This document shows, piece after piece, positions 25,501-34,911 of a DNA stretch of 64,000 nucleotides. The notes under the pieces were generated by a model. The model did no database searches, had not been told where the DNA came from, and worked only from the letters and a program-made list of their open reading frames with translations. Both the position numbers and the translations under genes were made by a program. The stretch is from an uncultured Eubacteriales bacterium (lineage in GTDB: Bacteria > Bacillota > Clostridia > Christensenellales > CAG-917). Every line of letters begins with the position of its first letter. Within the stretch, counting starts at the first letter, position 1. Location: assembly GCA_900545885.1 (NCBI GenBank), contig URAF01000002.1, forward strand, positions 25,866-89,865, written 5' to 3'.

Positions 25501-27042
25501 TTATACGATTTTTCCCTGACCCGTCAGTTTGTACTCGAAACTGTCGGTGAGTGCAGACCAGCTGGCTTCGATTATATCCGTCGATACGCCGACGGTCGTC
25601 CAGGTGTCTTTTTTGTCCGACGACGTGATGAGAACGCGAACCATAGCCCCCGTTGCGCTCGACGAGTCGACGACTCTGACCTTGTAGTCAACGAGCGCGA
25701 CTTCCGCAATCTGCGGATAATGTTTGGTGAGCGCGGCACGCAACGCCTTGTCGAGTGCGTTGACGGGACCGTTGCCCGATTCCGTCGCCGTCGTAACCTT
25801 GCCTTTGACTTTGATGCTGACTTCCGCGGTGTTCACTCCGTCGGGTTTTGTGGCTTTGATGCAGTAGTTTTCAAGTTCGAACGAGGGTTTGAACGCGCCC
25901 ATCATTCTTTCGGCAAGCAGTACGAAACTTCCGTCTGCGCCTTCGAACTGATACCCTTTCATTTCGAGAAGTTTGACCATATCCAGAATTTCTTTGGTCT
26001 TGGGATTGGACTTGTCGAGAGAAGGGAAGAGGTTTTCCAGTTTTTTGGCAACGACGCTGCGGCCTGCGACTTCGCTGAGCAGTATTCGTTCCCTGTTGCC
26101 TACTGCGGCAGGGGACACGTGCTCGAAAGTGTGCGGATTTTTGAGCACCGCGTCGGAGTGCATACCCGCTTTATGCGAAAATGCCGCCGAACCTACGTAC
26201 GGCATTGACGGGTCGAGATTTAAGTTGCTGATTTCGGCAACGGCGTGCGCCGTGCGCGTGAGTTCGGAAATTTTAACTTCGCTTTCAGCTCCGCCTTTCA
26301 GCACGAGGTCTGCGATTATGGTGGAGAGGTTTGCGTTGCCGCACCTTTCGCCGAAACCGAGGAAAGTTCCCTGAACGTGGGTTGCGCCCGCTTTTACGCC
26401 GATTAAGGTCGAGGCAACCGCCGTGCCCGTGTCGTTGTGGAAATGTACGCCTATCGTTGCCGCACCGAACGTGTTCACAACGTCGGAAGTAATTTCGAAC
26501 ACGTCGGACGGGGAAGTCCCGCCGTTGGTGTCGCAGAGCACAAGGGTATCAGCTCCAGCCATGTACGCCGCCGAAAGTGCGGAAATAGCGTATTTTCTGT
26601 CCTCTTTGTATCCGTCGTAAAAGTGCTCGGCGTCGAATATTACTCGCTTGCCGTTGGCTTTCAAAAAACCTACGCTTTCGCTTATCATTGTCAGGTTGTC
26701 TTCGGGAGAAACGCCGAGAACGTCTTTGACTTGCGTAAGGCTGGATTTGCCGAATATGCAGACGACTTTTGTGTCCGCCGAAAGCAGTTTTATTATTCCC
26801 GCGTCTTCGAACACGTTGCAGTCACGGTGCCGGGTGGACCCGAACGCCACGAGTTTGTCGTTTTTGCATTCGGCAAAAAACTCGGCGTCCTTGGGGTTGG
26901 ACGCGGGGTCGCCCCCTTCCACGAGGTCGATACCGAAATCGCAGAGCAGACAGAATATCTGTTTCTTGTCGGCGACGGAATAACTTATGCCTTCCGCCTG
27001 TGCGCCGTCGCGCAGTGTAGTGTCGTAAAATTCGATTTTCAT
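25501..27042 (-). CDS. cimA: (R)-citramalate synthase (LeuA-related)
   Basis: 513 aa. FYDTTLRDGAQAEG and HFHNDTG are present with a C-terminal LeuA-dimer-type domain. This is a second HMGL-like enzyme beside the canonical leuA, which is typical of the citramalate route to isoleucine. Confidence 0.8.
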   Translation of the reverse strand: MKIEFYDTTLRDGAQAEGISYSVADKKQIFCLLCDFGIDLVEGGDPASNPKDAEFFAECKNDKLVAFGSTRHRDCNVFEDAGIIKLLSADTKVVCIFGKSSLTQVKDVLGVSPEDNLTMISESVGFLKANGKRVIFDAEHFYDGYKEDRKYAISALSAAYMAGADTLVLCDTNGGTSPSDVFEITSDVVNTFGAATIGVHFHNDTGTAVASTLIGVKAGATHVQGTFLGFGERCGNANLSTIIADLVLKGGAESEVKISELTRTAHAVAEISNLNLDPSMPYVGSAAFSHKAGMHSDAVLKNPHTFEHVSPAAVGNRERILLSEVAGRSVVAKKLENLFPSLDKSNPKTKEILDMVKLLEMKGYQFEGADGSFVLLAERMMGAFKPSFELENYCIKATKPDGVNTAEVSIKVKGKVTTATESGNGPVNALDKALRAALTKHYPQIAEVALVDYKVRVVDSSSATGAMVRVLITSSDKKDTWTTVGVSTDIIEASWSALTDSFEYKLTGQGKIV

Positions 27043-27043
27043 A

Positions 27044-28567
27044 TCAGTCTTCCTGCAACAACTTGTTTGTGGCGTTTACGTACGCGATGAGGGACGCTTC
27101 GAGAACGTCGGTCGACAGTCCTTTGCCCGTCATGGTCTTGCCGCTTTCGGGCGCGGTGAGTTTGACGGTGGCTTCGCCGAGTGCGTCTTTGCCTTCGGAC
27201 ACGGAGTGGAGCTGGTAATCCACGAGTTTGAAGTTCTGTCCCGTAAGCGAGTTTATAGCTTTGAACCCTGCGTCGACAGGTCCGTCGCCCGTCATTCTGT
27301 CGGTGTGGATTATGCCTTCCGCTTCGAGGGATATGACAGCAGAAGCAGAGTTCTTGTACGCCGTGACTTCATAGTCTTTGAGCGTGTAAATCCTTTTGAC
27401 TCTTCGTCTGAACGCACCCGACAGCAGAGCGTCGATATCGCTTCGGGTAATCTCTTTTTTGCGGTCGGCAAGTTCCTTGTATTTGGGGAAATACATATCC
27501 GTCTGTTCCGGCGTAAGACTGTACCCCATTTCGGCAATCAGTTCCTGAAACGCGTGTTTACCGCTGTGTTTGCCGAGAAGAAGTGCGTTTTCGGGCACGC
27601 CGATGTCCTTCGGGCTCATAATTTCGTAGGTCGCTTTGTTTGCGAGAACGCCGTGCTGGTGAATGCCCGATTCGTGGACAAACGCGTTTTTGCCGACTAT
27701 GGCTTTGTTTGGCGGAAGTTTGATACCGACGATACCGCTGACGAGCTTGGACACGCGGTATATGCGCTCGGTAATAATGTCCGTTTTGAGCCCGAACCTG
27801 TCCGCTCTCGTTTTCAAAGCCATGACGACTTCTTCCATTGCCGCGTTGCCCGCGCGTTCGCCTATGCCGTTTACGGTGCATTCGATTTGCGTTGCGCCCG
27901 CTTCGACGGCGGCGAGAGAATTTGCAACCGCCATACCGAGGTCGTCGTGACAGTGTACAGATATGCCAACTTTGTCAACGCCTTTTACGTTGTTGCGGAT
28001 GTAGGTTATCATATCGCGCATTTCGGCGGGCGTGGAGTATCCGACGGTGTCGGGGAAGTTGAGCGTTGTCGCGCCCGCGTCGACTGCCGTCTGTGCCGCT
28101 TTTGCGAGAAAGTCGAGGGGAGTGCGCGTTGCGTCCTCGAAAGAAAACTCCACATCGTCGACGAGCGTGCGCGCATATTCGACGTGGCGCTTAATCATAT
28201 CGAGGGCGGTTTCGCCGCTGATACGCAGTTTGTATTCGAGGTGTATGGGCGACGTCGCAATGAAAACGTGAAGTCTAGGGTGGACTGCGTCTTTTATGGC
28301 TTCGTAGCCGCAGTCAATATCTTCTTTTCTGCAACGGCAAAGCGCCGCGACAGCGGACTTTTTCAAAACCGCCGCTATCGCTTTTACGGATTTGAGTTCG
28401 CCTTCGCTCGCCGCGGGGAAACCCGCTTCAATGACGTCGACGCCCATTGATTCCAACGCTTCGGCGACGTCGAGTTTTTCGTTGAGATGCATACTGCACC
28501 CCGGCGACTGTTCGCCGTCGCGCAGGGTGGTGTCGAAGATCGTGATTTTCCTGAGATTTTTTTCCAT
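27044..28567 (-). CDS. leuA: 2-isopropylmalate synthase
   Basis: 507 aa. IFDTTLRDGEQSPG, HCHDDLGMAVAN and a C-terminal regulatory domain are present. Confidence 0.93.
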   Translation of the reverse strand: MEKNLRKITIFDTTLRDGEQSPGCSMHLNEKLDVAEALESMGVDVIEAGFPAASEGELKSVKAIAAVLKKSAVAALCRCRKEDIDCGYEAIKDAVHPRLHVFIATSPIHLEYKLRISGETALDMIKRHVEYARTLVDDVEFSFEDATRTPLDFLAKAAQTAVDAGATTLNFPDTVGYSTPAEMRDMITYIRNNVKGVDKVGISVHCHDDLGMAVANSLAAVEAGATQIECTVNGIGERAGNAAMEEVVMALKTRADRFGLKTDIITERIYRVSKLVSGIVGIKLPPNKAIVGKNAFVHESGIHQHGVLANKATYEIMSPKDIGVPENALLLGKHSGKHAFQELIAEMGYSLTPEQTDMYFPKYKELADRKKEITRSDIDALLSGAFRRRVKRIYTLKDYEVTAYKNSASAVISLEAEGIIHTDRMTGDGPVDAGFKAINSLTGQNFKLVDYQLHSVSEGKDALGEATVKLTAPESGKTMTGKGLSTDVLEASLIAYVNATNKLLQED

Positions 28568-28631
28568 ATGTCGGGAGTGCCTTTCCGTGCGAACCGAAAT
28601 ACAATCGTCCGCGCGTGTCGGTTTGTGTCGG

Positions 28632-29144
28632 TTATTCTATGGTTTTTGCCATTATGGTGCCGCCGCGTTCGAGTGCCGCGCCGCCCGTTCTTGCGATTTC
28701 GAGAATTTCGTAGGTCGAAAGGGTTTTCACGAAGTTGTCAACCTTGTCCGTCGAACCCGTGAGTTCCAGCATCATATTGTCGGGGTTTACGTCGATTGCT
28801 TTGGCTCCGAACAGAGCGCAAAGGTCGACAATCTGTCCGCGTTGTGCTCCGTCCACGCCGATTTTTATCAGCAGCAGTTCGCGGAACGCCACTTCCTTGC
28901 CGTCAAACCCCATAACTTTGACAACATCTTCCTGTTTTTCGAGTTGCGAAACAATCTGTCTTATCGTGTTCTGCGACGCCGTAACCGTAATCGTCATGCG
29001 CGAATAACGGTCGTCTTCCGTTGCGCACACGGTCAGTCCGTCGATGTTGTATCCGCGGCGGGAGAACAGTCCCGCTATGCGCGAAAGAACGCCGGGTTGG
29101 TTGTTGACGAGAATGGAGATTATCTGTCTTTTAACGTTTTCCAT
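28632..29144 (-). CDS. ilvN: Acetolactate synthase small (regulatory) subunit
   Basis: 170 aa. ISILVNNQPGVLSRIAGLFSRRGYNIDGLTV is the ACT domain of IlvH/IlvN. Confidence 0.93.
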   Translation of the reverse strand: MENVKRQIISILVNNQPGVLSRIAGLFSRRGYNIDGLTVCATEDDRYSRMTITVTASQNTIRQIVSQLEKQEDVVKVMGFDGKEVAFRELLLIKIGVDGAQRGQIVDLCALFGAKAIDVNPDNMMLELTGSTDKVDNFVKTLSTYEILEIARTGGAALERGGTIMAKTIE

Positions 29145-29174
29145 AGTTCACCTGTACACTCGTATTTATCCGAA

Positions 29175-30746
29175 TTATATTCCCGTGTTTATCGGGATTC
29201 TGAAATCTATCACCAAAGGCAGAGTGCCTTGAAGTGCGCGGTCTATTGCCGTTTCGATGTCTTCGTCTTCTCCGACCGTAACCCCGCGTGCGCCCATTGA
29301 TTGTGCAAGTGCGGCGTAATCGACGTTGAGATAGAGCGAACTCACTCCCGAATGGCGGGCGCGGCGCTCGGTCTGCAACTTGCGTATCATACCGAGCGAA
29401 TTGTTGTTGAGAACTGCGACGACGAGAGGAACGTGATGTTTTACGGCAGTCGTCAGTTCGTTGAAGTTCATATTGAACGACCCGTCGCCCGTAATGACGA
29501 GGCAGGTGTCGCCGCTTGCGAAATGCGCGCCTATCGCCGCTCCCATTCCGAAGCCCATGGCTCCGAGTCCGCCGCTGGTCAGGAACCTGTCGGGGTAGTA
29601 CACTTTGCAGTTGTGCGCCGCCCATTCCTGATGAAGTCCGACGTCGGTTGTTATTGTTGTCTGTGCGCCGAGTTTTTGGTTCAGTGCTTTGATTATGCGG
29701 ATACCGCGGTTGTCCTCTTCAAGGTCGGGGAGAGAGGAGTATTCCCATTCGGCGGGTTCTTTTTCTCCGACGAGCGGGAGCAGTTTTTCCAGCGAAATTT
29801 TAAGGTCGCCCACGACGTTTGCCGAAGTCATGAGATTTTTGTCGATTTCGGCGCGGTCGACGTCTATCTGCAAAACCGCCGTCTTGCGTTTTTTGAGAGT
29901 GGAGAAAGCGGTGTATCTGCTGTTGAACCTTGCGCCCAGAGTTATGAACAGGTCGCATTCGCGAAGGGCGGACGAGGTTTTGAAGTTGGTGTTGGAGAGT
30001 ACGCCCAGATACTTTTCGTCGTCGGGTGGGAAACAACCGAGTCCCATATAAGATACCGCGACGGGCGCGTTGAGCTTGCGGGCAAGTTGCAGAATTTCTT
30101 TTTCCGCACCGCTTGTACGGGCGCCGCCGCCTACGTAAATTACGGGTTTAGCCGACGCGGCAATCAGTTCCGCGGCTTTCTCGACGTCGTCGGGAGAGGG
30201 GTGTTTCGGTTCGGCTTTGACGGGAATTTCGCGTTCGTAGTCGGCAAGTTCGTCGAATACGTTGGAAGGTATGTCTATAAGCACGGGACCGCGTCGCGGC
30301 GACTGCGCCAACGAAAACGCGCGCCGCACGGCAGGCGCAATGTCTTTCGCGCTTTTGACAATCATGCTGTATTTGGTTACGGGCATTGTCATGTCGAATA
30401 TGTCGACTTCCTGAAAACTGTCGTGTCCGAGTTTGTCGAGAGATACGTTGCCCGTGATGGCGACGAGCGGCACGCTGTCCATATATGCGTCCGCAATTCC
30501 CGTAACCAGGTTGGTGGCGCCGGGTCCGGATGTTGCGAGAACCACGCCCGCTTTTCCGCTTCGTCTTGCATATCCTTCCGCGGCAAAACACGCCCCCTGT
30601 TCGTGGGCGGTGAGAACGTGGCGGATTTGCGAGGACGCAAGACAATCGTACACGGACAAAATGCTTGCCCCCGGATAACCGAACACATTCTGAACGCCCT
30701 GTTCGGCAAGGCAGTTTATCAAAATCTGAGCGCCGCTTTGAATCAT
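29175..30746 (-). CDS. ilvB: Acetolactate synthase large subunit
   Basis: MIQSGAQILINCLAEQGVQNVFGYPGASIL is a ThDP enzyme N-terminus and GLGAMGFGMGAAIGA is the ThDP-binding motif. The in-frame TTG at 30812 overlaps the predicted -10 element, so ATG 30746 is preferred. Confidence 0.9.
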   Translation of the reverse strand: MIQSGAQILINCLAEQGVQNVFGYPGASILSVYDCLASSQIRHVLTAHEQGACFAAEGYARRSGKAGVVLATSGPGATNLVTGIADAYMDSVPLVAITGNVSLDKLGHDSFQEVDIFDMTMPVTKYSMIVKSAKDIAPAVRRAFSLAQSPRRGPVLIDIPSNVFDELADYEREIPVKAEPKHPSPDDVEKAAELIAASAKPVIYVGGGARTSGAEKEILQLARKLNAPVAVSYMGLGCFPPDDEKYLGVLSNTNFKTSSALRECDLFITLGARFNSRYTAFSTLKKRKTAVLQIDVDRAEIDKNLMTSANVVGDLKISLEKLLPLVGEKEPAEWEYSSLPDLEEDNRGIRIIKALNQKLGAQTTITTDVGLHQEWAAHNCKVYYPDRFLTSGGLGAMGFGMGAAIGAHFASGDTCLVITGDGSFNMNFNELTTAVKHHVPLVVAVLNNNSLGMIRKLQTERRARHSGVSSLYLNVDYAALAQSMGARGVTVGEDEDIETAIDRALQGTLPLVIDFRIPINTGI

Positions 30747-30811
30747 AACCGTATGTTGCAGTTTGCGCGCAGAGAATATTCTGTACGCGCGTATATAATT
30801 TTTATTATTCA

Positions 30812-30840
30812 ATTTTATAACACACTCCCGATTCCGTCAA
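30812..30840 (-). promoter_or_regulatory. Sigma-A promoter of the ilv-leu operon
   Basis: On the minus strand: TTGACG (30840-30835), a 17-nt spacer, then TAAAAT (30817-30812). Confidence 0.6.
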
Positions 30841-30941
30841 GGAATTAAAACTCGGGTCGGGGCAGCGGCGAAAAACGTCGCAAAAATGCATAAATGCATA
30901 CAAAAATCGCATATTTGCATAAATATTCCTAAAATATGCTT

Positions 30942-30956
30942 GATTTTCAGAATATT
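30942..30956. promoter_or_regulatory. CodY-box-like site in the ilvB / amino-acid ABC transporter divergent region
   Basis: GATTTTCAGAATATT matches the Firmicute CodY consensus AATTTTCWGAAAATT at 13 of 15 positions. ilv-leu operons and amino-acid transporters are classic CodY targets. Confidence 0.5.
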
Positions 30957-31038
30957 TTAAGAATTTATGCAAAAACAGTTGCCAATTATAAATGACGGTG
31001 ATAGTATTGTGCCATACAAAAAAGCTATGGAGGCAAAT

Positions 31039-31890
31039 ATGAAAAAATTCGGCAAAATTCTCGTCGCAGTATTGATGCTTGCAACTCTGGTCGGCGCATG
31101 CTTCGCGTTCACCGCTTGCAACAACGACGGTAAGGTTAAAATAGGAGCACAACAAGGAACAACTGGTCTGTTTTATTTGCAGGGCAATGCCGATATGAAT
31201 TTCAGCGGTTATTCCAACATTGAAGCAAAATCTTATGACAGCATCGGACAAGCGGTGCAGGATATGAAAAACGGTAACATCAATTATGTTGTCGGCGACG
31301 TGGCTCCTGCAAAAGAGGCTGCAAACAAAATCGGCGGCGTGAAAGTTATCGACATTCCTCTCAGCACCGAGCAATATGCAATCGGCGTAGACAAAAATCA
31401 ACCCGAACTTCTTGCCAGCATTAACACAGCACTTGCCGAAATGAAAGCAAACGGCAAACTCGCGGAAATCCTGGCAAATTATGATAATCCCGATTACGTT
31501 CCCACTGGCATTCCCGCAGGTACATACGACAGCTCCAAACAGCAACTCGTTATGGCAACCAATGCAGAATTTGCGCCCTTTGAATCCAAAGCAGGTCAGA
31601 ACTTCATCGGTATCGACATCGAAATCGCAAAATATATTGCCGATTATCTCGGACAGGAACTCGTCATTCTCGACATGGACTTCGACGCAGTCGTAACCTC
31701 TGTCGGTAAAAACGGCGTTGATATCGCGCTCGCAGGACTTACCGTTACCGAATCCCGTAAAGTTTCCGTGACGTTCTCCGACACCTACTACGACGGTTCT
31801 TACCAGGTCATCATCGTCAAAGACGGCGACACCACTTTCGATGAATGCACCACTAAAGAAGATGTGGAAAAAATACTCAAAGCTTTCTGA
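31039..31890 (+). CDS. Polar amino-acid ABC transporter substrate-binding lipoprotein (family 3), apparently circularly permuted
   Basis: ATG 31039 has GGAGG upstream. The signal peptide plus lipobox is LVGACFAFTAC. The mature part starts with GKVKIGAQQGTTG (normally the second half of the fold) and ends with QLVMATNAEFAPFES...GIDIEIAKYIA...DIALAGLTVTESRK...FSDTYY (normally the first half). Confidence 0.85.
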   Translation: MKKFGKILVAVLMLATLVGACFAFTACNNDGKVKIGAQQGTTGLFYLQGNADMNFSGYSNIEAKSYDSIGQAVQDMKNGNINYVVGDVAPAKEAANKIGGVKVIDIPLSTEQYAIGVDKNQPELLASINTALAEMKANGKLAEILANYDNPDYVPTGIPAGTYDSSKQQLVMATNAEFAPFESKAGQNFIGIDIEIAKYIADYLGQELVILDMDFDAVVTSVGKNGVDIALAGLTVTESRKVSVTFSDTYYDGSYQVIIVKDGDTTFDECTTKEDVEKILKAF

Positions 31891-31903
31891 GGCAAGGTAA
31901 ATT

Positions 31904-32608
31904 ATGGCCGATAAGTGGCAATTATTTGTAGAACAGTTTATTACGTACGAAGGCTATCGAATGGTACTCGATGGCCTTCAAGCAACTATAATAATCGCAG
32001 TCGGCGGTTTGCTGATAGGTATTGTCATCGGTACGCTGATTGCGATTACTAAAGTCGTACCGCAATATTCGGTTGTAGCAAAAGTATTTAACAGAATATC
32101 TGACATTTATGTCGGATTTTTCCGTGGAACGCCTATGGTTGTTCAGCTTTTGCTTACATATTACGTGCTGTTGCCTGCCATGAACGTTACAATCGACAAT
32201 GCGGTTGTTGTTGCGGTTATAGTATTCGGTATGAACAGCGGCGCATACGTGTCCGAAATAATGCGAAGCGGCATTCAGTCTGTTGACCAAGGACAACTCG
32301 AAGCGGGCAGAGCGTTGGGATTAAGCTATCCTACGGCTATGCTTCGCATAGTTATACCGCAGGCGATTAAGAACATAATTCCTACGCTCGGCAACGAATT
32401 TATAGTTCTCGTCAAGGAAACTTCCGTTACGAGTTTCATTACTGTTGTCGACCTCACAAAAGCATTCAGAGGTATTGCAAGTGCAAACTACGAATACATC
32501 ATTCCTTATCTCATGCTTGCGGCGTTCTATCTTGTAATCGTCATCATAATCACAATCGGTATCAGACTTATTGAAAGGAGGTTGGCTAAGAGTGACAGAA
32601 GCAGATAA
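31904..32608 (+). CDS. Amino-acid ABC transporter permease (His/Glu/Gln/Arg/opine family)
   Basis: 234 aa. The [28 protein letters not shown] (EAA loop) region is typical. Confidence 0.92.
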   Translation: MADKWQLFVEQFITYEGYRMVLDGLQATIIIAVGGLLIGIVIGTLIAITKVVPQYSVVAKVFNRISDIYVGFFRGTPMVVQLLLTYYVLLPAMNVTIDNAVVVAVIVFGMNSGAYVSEIMRSGIQSVDQGQLEAGRALGLSYPTAMLRIVIPQAIKNIIPTLGNEFIVLVKETSVTSFITVVDLTKAFRGIASANYEYIIPYLMLAAFYLVIVIIITIGIRLIERRLAKSDRSR

Positions 32609-33737
32609 AGTCGTGTTGCAGGACGCGCAGGAACAGGAAAAATGCGACGCCGTGCAGAACGGCAAAGCGATGATTGAAATTGTCAACCTCACCAAAAAGT
32701 TCGGGGATTTGCTCGTGCTCGACGACATCACCGAAACGATTTACGAGGGAGAAAAGGTTGTTGTCATAGGTCCGTCGGGCGGCGGTAAATCCACTTTTCT
32801 GCGCTGCCTGAACGTGCTCGAAGACCCGACCAGCGGACAGATTTTCTTCGAAGGAGTAGACCTTGCGGATACCCGCGTAAACATCAACACTCACCGTCAG
32901 AAAATGGGTATGGTGTTCCAGCAGTTCAACCTTTTCCCCAACCTTACGGTCAAGAAAAACATTACGCTTGCACCTATAAAAATCGGCAAGGAAAATCTGA
33001 GAAAGGCCAAGTTCAACAACGCCGTCGCACCCCTTTACAACAAGTGGTTCGACAAGTTCGGCGACAAGTACAATCAAAGCGTCGACAAGAAGCGCGAATT
33101 GCTCAAAAACAAGGTTGAAGCGCTCAAATCGGAACTTGAACCCGTGATTTCGGATTGGGAACAGACAAAAGTCGTCACCGAAGTGGCAGGCAAAAGCGTC
33201 GTAAGTTACGACAAGGAACTGACCAAAAAGAAACAGGCGATGACGGCAAAACTCGAACGTGCGGAGAGAAAACTTTCGCACACCGTGCACGCGGAGCAGA
33301 AGTCCGTTGTCGAACTGCCGTACGAGAGTGTAAAGGCAATCAAGGAAGCCGCAAACGAAAACGCGGAACGCTTGTTGAAACGCATAGGGCTTGAAGCCAA
33401 AGCCGACGTTTATCCGTCCACGTTGTCGGGCGGACAGAAACAGCGTGTCGCAATCGTTCGTGCGCTTGCCATGAACCCCAAAGTTATGTTGTTCGACGAA
33501 CCCACTTCCGCGCTCGACCCCGAAATGGTCGGCGAAGTTCTCGACCTCATCAAACAGGTTGCGGACGAAGGAATGACGATGGTCATCGTCACGCACGAAA
33601 TGGGCTTTGCCCGCGAAGTCGGTACGCGCATACTGTTTATGGCGGAAGGTAAAATCCTCGAACAGAACGCGCCCGAAAAATTCTTCACCGACCCGCAACA
33701 TCCCAGACTCAAAGAGTTCCTTGCGAAGGTTCTTTGA
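32592..33737 (+). CDS. Amino-acid ABC transporter ATP-binding protein with a ~110-aa insertion in the helical subdomain
   Basis: GPSGGGKST (Walker A), [10 protein letters not shown] (Q-loop), [26 protein letters not shown] and IVTHEMGFA. The GTG at 32592 has AGGAGG 10 nt upstream; the alternative start is ATG 32670 (MIEIVNL). Confidence 0.88.
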   Translation: MTEADKVVLQDAQEQEKCDAVQNGKAMIEIVNLTKKFGDLLVLDDITETIYEGEKVVVIGPSGGGKSTFLRCLNVLEDPTSGQIFFEGVDLADTRVNINTHRQKMGMVFQQFNLFPNLTVKKNITLAPIKIGKENLRKAKFNNAVAPLYNKWFDKFGDKYNQSVDKKRELLKNKVEALKSELEPVISDWEQTKVVTEVAGKSVVSYDKELTKKKQAMTAKLERAERKLSHTVHAEQKSVVELPYESVKAIKEAANENAERLLKRIGLEAKADVYPSTLSGGQKQRVAIVRALAMNPKVMLFDEPTSALDPEMVGEVLDLIKQVADEGMTMVIVTHEMGFAREVGTRILFMAEGKILEQNAPEKFFTDPQHPRLKEFLAKVL

Positions 33738-33790
33738 TAATCGGTTTTGTGACAATCCGTTAAGTCAAAAACAAAATTTCAAATCAAATT

Positions 33791-33823
33791 CAACCCTTGC
33801 CGTCGTGCAGGGGTTGTTTTTTT
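33791..33823 (+). terminator. Rho-independent terminator of the amino-acid ABC operon
   Basis: CAACCCTTGC (33791-33800) pairs with GCAGGGGTTG (33807-33816), including one G-U pair, and is followed by TTTTTTT. Confidence 0.8.
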
Positions 33824-33923
33824 GCCGTTTTTGAAACTTTTCTTTTTGCATTTAAGATTATATAAATTTAGTCGCTTTACATAATATTTTTGAGATGCTA
33901 TTATTAATAAACAGGAGTATAAG

Positions 33924-34904
33924 GTGAAGTTTACGGATTTGAAAGAGCATTTGCGGGCGGCAGCCGTGGGTTCCGACGCCGGAGCGTTGTTGCCTTGTTA
34001 TACCGTTTACGGCGACGACGCGTACCTCAAACAGTCCGCCGTGCGTATGTTCGCAAAACTCGTAGACTCCGATTATTCGTCATTCAACTTTTCCGTAATT
34101 CCGTTTGCGGACGGCGCGGAAAAAGTGGTGGAAACGCTGAACACTTTTCCCGTTTTCGACGTATTGCGCGTCGTTGCGGTGACGGACGTTTCCGACAAAT
34201 ATCCCGACGAAGCAGTGCTTGCGGCTTACCTCAAATCGCCCAACCCGTCTTCGGTGCTCGTGCTTGTATGCGAAGAGGGCGCGGAGAAGTCGTTGGGGTT
34301 CAAAGCGGAAAAAGTGGACTGCAACAAACTCGACGAAAAGTCGCTTGCGTCGGTGGTAGGAGAGTTGCTTGCCGAACCGCCCGCCCGAAAAATGGACGCC
34401 GCCGCGCTCAGAGAACTGTCTTCGCGCACGCTCGGCGATATGTCAAGGATTGCCTGTGAAATACAGAAACTGAAATCCTACTCCGACGACGTGATAACCA
34501 AAGACGACGTTGCGGTTATGACGGCGCCCGAACCCGATTTCCAGATATACGAACTTGCGGAAGCGGTGAGCAAAAAAGAAGCCGAAAAATCTTTGACCGT
34601 TCTCGACGCATTCTTCAAGGACGGCGTAAAGCCGATGACGGTTTTGAGCCTGCTTTATGCGCAGTACCGCAAAATGTTGCACGTTGAGTTGCAAAAGGGC
34701 GTTCCCGACGCCGAAATCGCCGCTTTGCTCGGCGTAAAGCCCGGGGCGTTGTACCATATCAGACGCGCGTCCGCAAACTATTCGCAGATGCGCCTTAAAA
34801 AGTGCGTGGACTATCTCCACGAATTGCAGTTTTCCGTTCTCACCGGAAAACGAAACGAAGCAAGCGCTTTGCACGAAGCCGTGCTCACGCTGCTCAATAT
34901 CTGA
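33924..34904 (+). CDS. holA: DNA polymerase III delta subunit
   Basis: 326 aa. The GTG start has AGGAG 6 nt upstream. YTVYGDDAYLKQSAV matches the N-terminal motif, and the length and helical C-terminus fit HolA. Confidence 0.78.
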   Translation: MKFTDLKEHLRAAAVGSDAGALLPCYTVYGDDAYLKQSAVRMFAKLVDSDYSSFNFSVIPFADGAEKVVETLNTFPVFDVLRVVAVTDVSDKYPDEAVLAAYLKSPNPSSVLVLVCEEGAEKSLGFKAEKVDCNKLDEKSLASVVGELLAEPPARKMDAAALRELSSRTLGDMSRIACEIQKLKSYSDDVITKDDVAVMTAPEPDFQIYELAEAVSKKEAEKSLTVLDAFFKDGVKPMTVLSLLYAQYRKMLHVELQKGVPDAEIAALLGVKPGALYHIRRASANYSQMRLKKCVDYLHELQFSVLTGKRNEASALHEAVLTLLNI

Positions 34905-34911
34905 CGGATAT

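Noticed and set aside
30747-30812. The upstream in-frame TTG start (30812) for ilvB given by the ORF track
   Set aside because: The TTG overlaps the predicted -10 hexamer (30812-30817) of the only good promoter. The ATG at 30746 gives the canonical MIQSGAQIL... N-terminus.
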